Positions 25,838 through 32,000 of a stretch of 32,000 nt of DNA are shown here, piece after piece. Both the position numbers and the translations under genes were made by a program. The DNA lies in the NCBI GenBank assembly GCA_041494705.1, contig JBGQBI010000004.1, positions 270,001-302,000 of the forward strand. The letters are read 5' to 3'. This DNA comes from Candidatus Methanoperedens sp. GTDB lineage: Archaea > Halobacteriota > Methanosarcinia > Methanosarcinales > Methanoperedenaceae. Positions within the stretch are counted from its first letter, which is position 1, and each line of letters opens with the position of its first letter. Under the pieces are notes generated by a model that made no database searches, was not told the DNA's origin, and worked only from the letters and a program-made list of their open reading frames with translations.

Positions 25838-26350
25838 TTAGTGATGAGTCCCCTCAACGACTTTCACCCCTTTCTTTATTATCATCTGCCTGATTTCATC
25901 TATGTGAGGGCATTTCGGATAGCCCCCTTCCATAAGCATACAGGAACTTAAGTGGATGACATCCACTTCATGCTTCAAAAGACTATCTACAAGCCTGAAA
26001 ATCCGCCTGCCCGGGCATCCTCCGCATGTGAAAAATCCAATAATCTCCGCATCCCTGCCGTATTCCTCAAAATGTACTTTTCGCTTGTTGAACGCCTTAA
26101 AGCACGCAACACCCGGACAGGTCTCACTTACGATATCGCACCTCACAACCGCAATCGTCGTGGTCTTTTCATCTTTTTCATCCTTTCCCAGAAGGTCTCT
26201 AAATTGAGCTTGCGCTTCTTTCACGTCCTCGATAGTGACGATGTTCTTTCCTCTCTTTCCCACCGATGTTTCAATACCCATTTTCGCCATACTGCGGATA
26301 TCTTCGGGTACTTTCTCAAGCTCTTTTAATGCTTCGGGTTCCCATTCCAT
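25838..26350 (-). CDS. CGGC-domain protein with an N-terminal PCP_red-like module
   Basis: The [10 protein letters not shown] motif and other conserved Cys residues are present. The N-terminal 50 aa ([26 protein letters not shown]...[10 protein letters not shown]) resemble the small domain at the C-terminus of protochlorophyllide reductase subunit B. Confidence 0.7.
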   Translation of the reverse strand: MEWEPEALKELEKVPEDIRSMAKMGIETSVGKRGKNIVTIEDVKEAQAQFRDLLGKDEKDEKTTTIAVVRCDIVSETCPGVACFKAFNKRKVHFEEYGRDAEIIGFFTCGGCPGRRIFRLVDSLLKHEVDVIHLSSCMLMEGGYPKCPHIDEIRQMIIKKGVKVVEGTHH

Positions 26351-26404
26351 TCGTATTACCTCAAGCTTGTTTTTATAAATATGTTTGCAAGCTTATTCAT
26401 AACA

Positions 26405-26881
26405 CTATTTGAACCCGTATAATGTGACTTCCATGTCAGCGTCTATGAGATAATCAAAATCAATTAATTTATCCCATCCCGCTTTCTGGAAAACGCCGCC
26501 AATGCATGCCCCGAAAATTTTCCTGTCGGGATACCCTTCTGTAATTTCATCAATCATTTTCTTTAACCCGCTGACATCCACTTCCATTTTCGGCATTGCC
26601 AGACCCCCGAGAAGTACAACCGTATCTGATGACGGGTTGGCTTTTTCCCCCAGTTGCATTCCATAATCTGTCATTACAACCCTTGCAGCCAGCTCTTTCC
26701 GCAGGTTCGGGATAAATACCATCTCTTTTCCTGCATCACGTAAAACAAAGCCCAAAAGCTCGGCAAAAGGATTGCACCAGCCCGGACAGCCGATGAAGGT
26801 TATCTTTTTCCTTCCGCGCGCAAGTTTCCGGAATGCGGTGAGCATGCCGCCGATGCCTTCCGAGGTTTCGATGGGTTTCAT
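26405..26881 (-). CDS. Conserved archaeal hypothetical protein (possibly DUF2124 family)
   Basis: The 158-aa product contains ITFIGCPGWCNPFAELLGF. The family assignment is from memory only. Confidence 0.45.
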   Translation of the reverse strand: MKPIETSEGIGGMLTAFRKLARGRKKITFIGCPGWCNPFAELLGFVLRDAGKEMVFIPNLRKELAARVVMTDYGMQLGEKANPSSDTVVLLGGLAMPKMEVDVSGLKKMIDEITEGYPDRKIFGACIGGVFQKAGWDKLIDFDYLIDADMEVTLYGFK

Positions 26882-26963
26882 GGAATCACACGGCTATGGA
26901 TTGCTGAACTGGGATATAAGGGTTTATTATTCAATATCAAAACAAGATAACAAAAATATAATT

Positions 26964-26988
26964 AATAAAAAAAATAAAAGAAAAAAGG
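26964..26988 (-). terminator. Oligo-T tract after the membrane protein gene (archaeal-type terminator candidate)
   Basis: The minus strand reads ...CCTTTTTTCTTTTATTTTTTTTATTAAT, beginning within about 5 nt of the stop at 26993. Confidence 0.4.
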
Positions 26989-26992
26989 AAAT

Positions 26993-27499
26993 TTAAATCA
27001 GCGCAGCAGTTATTCCCTGCACGCCTGACTGTATGATAACCGCTGTGGTGATTATTACACCAGCCATTTCCAGCGCTACAGCCACGTTTCCTTTCTTGAG
27101 TTCTTCGAACTCCTCGATGCCCTTTGTCAGTTTATCGAGTATGTTCAATGCAAGATATATCGATGCGATTGCAAGCACGATTCCGAGTATTAACTGGAGT
27201 AATCCCATTCCGATTGCTAACAAGCCGCCTGCGGACAGGATGCCACCCGCTGATGCCTGGGCTGCTTTAATGCCGCTGGATATTCCTGCAACGCCCGACT
27301 GCACCACGATACCTATCGCAAAAAATACCGAAGCAACAATAATGCCTATGGCAGTGTTGCCTTTTGCGAGTTCCTTTTGTTCATCGATTCCTTTAGTTAT
27401 CCTGCCAAATACTGAAAAGCCGATATATAGTGCAACGACTGCAAGTATAATGGCGATAACTAATTGTATAATCCCTACAACTGCATTTATTGGGTCCAT
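26993..27499 (-). CDS. Integral membrane protein with an internally duplicated DUF350-like module
   Basis: Two homologous halves are visible: GRITKGIDEQKELAKGNTAIGIIVASVFFAIGIVVQSGVAGI and DKLTKGIEEFEELKKGNVAVALEMAGVIITTAVIIQSGVQGI. A GAGGTG Shine-Dalgarno sequence lies upstream. Confidence 0.6.
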   Translation of the reverse strand: MDPINAVVGIIQLVIAIILAVVALYIGFSVFGRITKGIDEQKELAKGNTAIGIIVASVFFAIGIVVQSGVAGISSGIKAAQASAGGILSAGGLLAIGMGLLQLILGIVLAIASIYLALNILDKLTKGIEEFEELKKGNVAVALEMAGVIITTAVIIQSGVQGITAALI

Positions 27500-27573
27500 A
27501 ATTCACCTCACGCTTTAAGCGTTATCCTGTATAATGGCAATAGGGTCATATAAAATTATTGTGATACATACCT

Positions 27574-27750
27574 TCATTCAAGAAGTTTCAGGGCTTTATT
27601 CGGGCAAACTATAATGCAGCGCATACATTGCGTGCATCTATCGTAGTCTATTCTTACAATGCCATCGATGCGCAAAAGAGCCCTCGCGTTGCACACGCTG
27701 TCGCACCTGCCGCATTTCATGCATCCGATAACTGTTATCAAACCATTCAT
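27574..27750 (-). CDS. Small 2x[4Fe-4S] ferredoxin (58 aa), absent from the ORF track
   Basis: Manual translation gives MNGLITVIGCMKCGRCDSVCNARALLRIDGIVRIDYDRCTQCMRCIIVCPNKALKLLE. It carries two CxxCxxCxxxC(P) motifs. The track's 27659-27847 plus-strand ORF is antisense to it. Confidence 0.7.
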   Translation of the reverse strand: MNGLITVIGCMKCGRCDSVCNARALLRIDGIVRIDYDRCTQCMRCIIVCPNKALKLLE

Positions 27751-27822
27751 TGTCCTTCACAAGCTATTTATGCTTATAAGTATAGATAGGTTTTGTCTAA
27801 ATTGTGCAAAACAGAGGATTTC

Positions 27823-28194
27823 ATGCCAAGATCTATTCCTGAAATGATACGGGGGGACTTCAAATGCGAGGATATTGCAAAATGTATCCTGGGTCTTAAG
27901 AATATCGACATTGACGCCTATAAGATGCTCGTCACAAAAGGCCCAATGACAGCAGAACGCCTTGGTGAGCTTTTGAACAGGGAACGAAGCACGGCTTACA
28001 GGTCGCTGCAGAACCTGATGGTATGCGGTCTTGTGTACCGGGAGACAAAAACAATCAGCGAGGGCGGCTATTATTACGATTATACCGCGCTTGACCCGTG
28101 CAAAATGAAAGAGAAAGTAGCAGGCAACATAGACGAATGGTATAATAAAATGAAAAAACTTGTCGGCAATATCGATAAAGAAATTATGAAATGA
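27823..28194 (+). CDS. Winged-helix transcriptional regulator (TrmB/MarR-like)
   Basis: The region DIDAYKMLVTKGPMTAERLGELLNRERSTAYRSLQNLMVCGLV has a typical wHTH layout. A GAGG Shine-Dalgarno sequence lies 5 nt before ATG 27823; the track start is TTG 27793. The gene is divergent from the ferredoxin gene. Confidence 0.6.
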   Translation: MPRSIPEMIRGDFKCEDIAKCILGLKNIDIDAYKMLVTKGPMTAERLGELLNRERSTAYRSLQNLMVCGLVYRETKTISEGGYYYDYTALDPCKMKEKVAGNIDEWYNKMKKLVGNIDKEIMK

Positions 28195-29220
28195 TTACAC
28201 ACCGAAAATACTATCGCACACTTCTTCCACTTTCTCCCTGAACTCTTTTTGCGAAAAACCCATCATTGCAGCCGCGAACATTGCTCCACCGGCGCCCACT
28301 CCTTCTTTTACATCCCCTGTTTCATACATCCGAAGCCCGGGGAATCTTGAATCACCAAATCCCGGGTCTGCAGCATAAGCTTTGTAACCCAGGATATCTG
28401 TCATTTCCCTGAAATTGGCGCTCGGGTCATCTGCAACATAATGGGTTGTTGCGATGGAAACATCTTTTTTCAGCCCGAGATGTTTGATTATACTTAAAAC
28501 CGAAACCATCTGCGTCCCGCCTGCAAGCACGGTTTTTGTCTCAAGCCCGTCCACAATCCCGGCTGCTGCCGCCATCATGGGGTCGCCGATGCACCCGACC
28601 GCACGAAGCGGCTGGTTCCGTAAACTGCCGAAGGATATCCCTGAATTCCTCATACCTTCAGAGACTACCATGTTTTTGATGTCAAGCGGGTTTTGCGGGA
28701 AACTGGATGAAACTTTCCCGTCATACCCCAGGGCTTTCATCACAGCCATGGCAGTAGTTGTTCCGCCGGGGACACTCTCGCCAATAATCACAAAATCCGA
28801 GAATTTTGAAAGCTTTTTTCCAAGAGTTCTGGATTTAGTGTAAATCTCAAGTGCATCCGCCACCGCATTTCCTTTCCTTATATCCCCGCCGGGTTGGGCG
28901 TTGATATCTATAGTCGGTATTTTTGGGCGGATGCGCAGCCCTGCGTTAATAAAAAGGCATGGGATTTCCGTGAGAAGCATTGATGCTCTTGTTATTACTG
29001 CCGGAGAAGGAGCCCCCGAAGGTGTCATTGCCGGCTCACTGATACTTATGGCATTGCCTGTCTCAACGAGTTCGGCATCCGCTGCAGGGGTATAATCCGT
29101 AAGCTTCGGGGATTTTCCTGCCGCGGATATGTTTGGGATTTTAGCCGTCTCGGTATTGGCAAGAATGCACAGGAACAGGGGTTTTTCCGGACTGAAATCC
29201 GGATGAGGTTTAACCCACAT
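28195..29220 (-). CDS. UPF0284 / archaeal CobT-like nicotinate-nucleotide-dimethylbenzimidazole phosphoribosyltransferase family protein
   Basis: The N-terminus (KPLFLCILANTETAKIPNISAAGKSP..TDYTPAADAELV) and the 341-aa length match the archaeal UPF0284 family as I recall it. Confidence 0.65.
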   Translation of the reverse strand: MWVKPHPDFSPEKPLFLCILANTETAKIPNISAAGKSPKLTDYTPAADAELVETGNAISISEPAMTPSGAPSPAVITRASMLLTEIPCLFINAGLRIRPKIPTIDINAQPGGDIRKGNAVADALEIYTKSRTLGKKLSKFSDFVIIGESVPGGTTTAMAVMKALGYDGKVSSSFPQNPLDIKNMVVSEGMRNSGISFGSLRNQPLRAVGCIGDPMMAAAAGIVDGLETKTVLAGGTQMVSVLSIIKHLGLKKDVSIATTHYVADDPSANFREMTDILGYKAYAADPGFGDSRFPGLRMYETGDVKEGVGAGGAMFAAAMMGFSQKEFREKVEEVCDSIFGV

Positions 29221-29226
29221 TTACCT

Positions 29227-30531
29227 CTATAGTTCACTTGAAGTTTCTATATGCATTGATGCAGGGCTTTTTACTAGATTGCCCATTTTTGCGCCTATTA
29301 GAGTCTCAATTCCTTTTTCTGATGCAATATCCACAATGCGCTGGGTTATGACGCCATCGAATACCAGGCTTTTGACATTGCCGTTTATGTCCCTCAATGC
29401 ATTTGCGAGGTCGCGTACAGGCACTTCGCTTATGACGCTGTTCTGTTCATCGATAAAACGCGCGCTGAGCGTGCCGCTCAATTGGGTTATATGTTCCTGG
29501 AAAGGACTTTCTTTCCTGGCCTCTTTTTCCCTTTCTTCTCTGGGTTCTTCCCTCGGCCTGGGTTTTTCTGGCTCTGGCGCTTCAAATTCTGCAAGCTCTT
29601 CCTTGGCAGGTTTCATTTCTATTTCTTCAGGAATTGATGGTTCGCTCTTTCCTGTTGTCTTTTTCCTTGTCGCTGCCATGATGGCAACTCTTCTCTTTTT
29701 GCCGACCTGGTAATAATCAAGCCCCTGCTCAACAGGTAGTTTCTGTCTTAGTGACTTGACAATTTCTTTCTGGACAAGTTCCTCAACGCCTTTCCCGTCC
29801 GGGGCGCGCGCAATGAAATCTATATCCGCGACCTGGAGCAGTTCCTTTATTATGAGTTCCCCGCCCCGGTCTCCATCTGTAAAAGCCGTGACCGTCTTTT
29901 TCTTGCATAAATCGACCACAGCCTGCGGCACATTTGTTCCACCGACTGCAATAGAGTTCTTAATACCGTAACGCAGGAGGTTAAGCACATCAGCCCGCCC
30001 TTCAACCACTATTATGGCATCCGAATCAAGAACATTGGGTCCCATCGGGATGTTATCCTTGCCATACGTGGTCATCTCTTCAATCCTCACAGACTGCCTG
30101 ACCTCATCAATGATTTCCTGGCTTTCAGGCAGCATTTCATCAAACATCGCTGTAAGAATCTGTTTTGCGCGGTCTACTACCTGTTTCCTTTTCGATGACC
30201 TCACATCCTCTATTTTAACCACACTGATGTTTGAGATGCATGGTCCTATCCTGTCAATGGTTTCAAGGCTGGCTCCAAGGACAGCGGTTTCAACCTTATC
30301 AAGGCTTGAAGGTATCTCGATTGTCCCGTTTGATTTACCCATGTTTGATTTTATATTGACCTCAAGCCGTCCGATCCTGCCGCTTTTTTGCAGTTCCCGC
30401 AGGTCAAGGTCAGCGCCTATTAGTCCTTCTGTCTGCCCGAAAATCGCCCCGACGACATCCGGTCGTTCTATAACTCCATCCGCTTTTATTATGGCATGAA
30501 TGATATATTTTGTTGTATCTGAATTTTGCAT
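29227..30531 (-). CDS. dnaG: Archaeal DnaG (Toprim-domain primase / exosome-associated protein)
   Basis: The archaeal DnaG N-terminus is characteristic ([33 protein letters not shown]). A Toprim region is present ([13 protein letters not shown]...FTDGDRGGE). A GGAGGG Shine-Dalgarno sequence lies 8 nt upstream. Confidence 0.9.
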   Translation of the reverse strand: MQNSDTTKYIIHAIIKADGVIERPDVVGAIFGQTEGLIGADLDLRELQKSGRIGRLEVNIKSNMGKSNGTIEIPSSLDKVETAVLGASLETIDRIGPCISNISVVKIEDVRSSKRKQVVDRAKQILTAMFDEMLPESQEIIDEVRQSVRIEEMTTYGKDNIPMGPNVLDSDAIIVVEGRADVLNLLRYGIKNSIAVGGTNVPQAVVDLCKKKTVTAFTDGDRGGELIIKELLQVADIDFIARAPDGKGVEELVQKEIVKSLRQKLPVEQGLDYYQVGKKRRVAIMAATRKKTTGKSEPSIPEEIEMKPAKEELAEFEAPEPEKPRPREEPREEREKEARKESPFQEHITQLSGTLSARFIDEQNSVISEVPVRDLANALRDINGNVKSLVFDGVITQRIVDIASEKGIETLIGAKMGNLVKSPASMHIETSSEL

Positions 30532-30764
30532 GTTTAGTACCCTCCCTAAGAATAGTGTTAGAAAAAGAATTTCACTGGTTTGAACTACGCTATTTCGACG
30601 TTTTTTACTATCCTGAACTAATATCGTTTCTATTAGTCCCCGGACTATTTATCTTTCTCAAACCGGAAATGACAGGTAACATTGAATATCAGGCCACAAT
30701 TCATTGATTGTGACTTCTGCATGATTATTATTATCTGAATCTAACTACTTTCTTGGATGATTAT

Positions 30765-30799
30765 TTGCATTGATGTTTTTCGTAACCGCATCAATGCAA
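30765..30799. repeat. Perfect 11-bp inverted repeat with a 13-nt spacer in the long bfr-dnaG intergenic region
   Basis: TTGCATTGATG (30765-30775) and CATCAATGCAA (30789-30799) form the repeat. Confidence 0.5.
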
Positions 30800-30865
30800 G
30801 TCATACTATAATTGCCGAATCACTTTAAAAACTTTGTGGTTATCCCTTTTGATAGGATGAGATGT

Positions 30866-30885
30866 AAAAACAAAATAAAAAAATA
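30866..30885 (-). terminator. Oligo-T tract downstream of the bacterioferritin-like gene
   Basis: The minus strand reads TATTTTTTTATTTTGTTTTT about 30 nt after the stop at 30914. Confidence 0.4.
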
Positions 30886-30913
30886 CGTTTTCAGGTGGAA
30901 CGCCAAACACCTA

Positions 30914-31324
30914 TTATTTCAAGAGGATCGTGAACGTATGTTTGTGTTCTTCCTCAGCCGTTAAAATCTCCTCAAACAATAATCGTGTGGTTGAGTCCTC
31001 TTTTTCGGATGCCTTGTCTATTATTTCTTTGTACAACCCGATAGCCTCGTTCTCTGCCCGGAGGTCGTTCTCAATCATCTCTTTCAGGGAATCGCCCACC
31101 TTAATCGGCGTTGGTTTGGTTGTAGGAATCCCGCCAAGATAAAAAAGCCGTTCTGCAATCTTTTCGGCATGTTTCATCTCTTCTATGGCAATATCTTCGA
31201 AAACATCTTTAATCTCAGGGCTTTTCATACCCAATGCCATAACATGCTGCCACATGTACTGTACACTAACACCGATTTCCCTTGCAATCGCTTTATTTAA
31301 TAACTCCAGCAATTCATCCGCCAT
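30914..31324 (-). CDS. bfr: Bacterioferritin-like (ferritin-like di-iron) protein
   Basis: Two E..H di-iron motifs are present (EEMKHAEKIAERLFYLGG and EEEHKH). The Met in the EMKH context corresponds to the haem-ligand position of Bfr. I prefer ATG 31324 over the track TTG 31333. Confidence 0.7.
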   Translation of the reverse strand: MADELLELLNKAIAREIGVSVQYMWQHVMALGMKSPEIKDVFEDIAIEEMKHAEKIAERLFYLGGIPTTKPTPIKVGDSLKEMIENDLRAENEAIGLYKEIIDKASEKEDSTTRLLFEEILTAEEEHKHTFTILLK

Positions 31325-31380
31325 AATTATCAATAATTGTCTGCTTTGTTCTTATTTAAGGATTGGCTTTTTCGATTTTC

Positions 31381-32000
31381 TTATTTTATTTCCATTCCTT
31401 TAACAAAGATCCCCTCATCCACAATCTCCCCAACAATTTTCCCCCCCATCATCTTTGAAGCCTCCTCTGCTTCGCTTTGCGGTACTACCACTACGAAACC
31501 CATTCCCATATTGAATGTCTTGTACATCTCAACATCTTCCACATCCCCTTCCCCCTGGAGGAACCTGAATACGGGCTGCGGCGGAAGCGGGTCGGAAATA
31601 TCAAACCCGAGTTTTGTGATGCGGTGAAGTTTCATAAGCCCACTGCCGGTTATGTGCGCCAGCCCGTGAATATCGAATTTTTGTGCCGCATCCAGGATTT
31701 CCATGTAAATCCTTGTAGGACTCAATAGCTCATCGCCGATAGTGGTATTTTTATTATACGGGAAAGCGTCTTGGTAAGAGTAGCCAGAGTCTTTTATAAT
31801 CCTGCGGACAAGGGAATAACCATTACTGTGCACCCCGTTTGAGGGAAGCCCGATTATGGCATCTCCGATTTCGATTTTCTCACCTGTAATAATGCTGTCT
31901 TTCTTCACCATCCCAAGACATGTGCCCGCGAGGTCAAAACCATTTATGATATCCGGAAGAGTCGCAGTTTCCCCTCCTACTATGGTCATTCTTGAAATCT
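31381..32000 (-). CDS. purM: Phosphoribosylformylglycinamidine cyclo-ligase (AIR synthase), C-terminal part; the gene continues beyond the window
   Basis: The motifs are GGETA..P, GVHSNGYSLVRR, AHITGSG and FNMGMGFVVVV. The frame stays open upstream of the track's Met at 31989. Confidence 0.85.
   Translation of the reverse strand, partial: ISRMTIVGGETATLPDIINGFDLAGTCLGMVKKDSIITGEKIEIGDAIIGLPSNGVHSNGYSLVRRIIKDSGYSYQDAFPYNKNTTIGDELLSPTRIYMEILDAAQKFDIHGLAHITGSGLMKLHRITKLGFDISDPLPPQPVFRFLQGEGDVEDVEMYKTFNMGMGFVVVVPQSEAEEASKMMGGKIVGEIVDEGIFVKGMEIK

Noticed and set aside
29500-29650. A pyrimidine-rich, repetitive-looking DNA stretch inside dnaG
   Set aside because: It encodes a charged low-complexity linker ([23 protein letters not shown]) within the DnaG frame. 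It is not a DNA repeat element.
30700-30800. A possible C/D-box sRNA (ATGATTA ... CTGA ... GATGATTA)
   Set aside because: The boxes deviate from the RUGAUGA/CUGA consensus. The spacing between the C-like and D'-like boxes is about 7 nt, too short for a guide. No terminal D box or terminal stem is present.

Overview
This looks like a chromosomal segment of a euryarchaeon. Archaeal PCNA, PriL, PAN, archaeal DnaG, an F420-dependent reductase, a cupin-type PGI and UPF0200/0201/0284 families support that. A multihaem c-type cytochrome and a UbiE/MenG-type methyltransferase make a Methanosarcinales / ANME-2d (Methanoperedens-like) origin plausible, but that placement is inference only. Most of the window is tightly packed housekeeping: pyrBI, dapF, arcC, purM, a Nik/Cbi ECF transporter, and replication and proteasome factors. 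I found no rRNA, tRNA or CRISPR array. Six things stand out. (1) An AT-rich single-gene insertion at about 9.58-10.85 kb encodes an orphan protein and is bracketed by direct and inverted repeats. (2) A tetrahaem cytochrome is translationally coupled to a 703-aa surface protein rich in N-glycosylation sequons (0.3-3.0 kb). (3) A dispersed family of palindromic intergenic repeats is built from 9-nt-periodic CACAGAG-like units, with four loci in the window. (4) The ECF transporter has a fused M-N component, a 40-codon mini-ORF, and an ATPase with a C-terminal extension of about 170 aa that I cannot assign. (5) A same-strand run of small Cys-rich or uncharacterised genes at 25.5-27.75 kb includes a 58-aa ferredoxin missing from the ORF track, opposite a divergent wHTH regulator. 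(6) A short DAC-domain (c-di-AMP synthase-like) protein with a C-terminal membrane tail sits next to dapF. All functional calls rest on motif recognition by eye; no searches were run.
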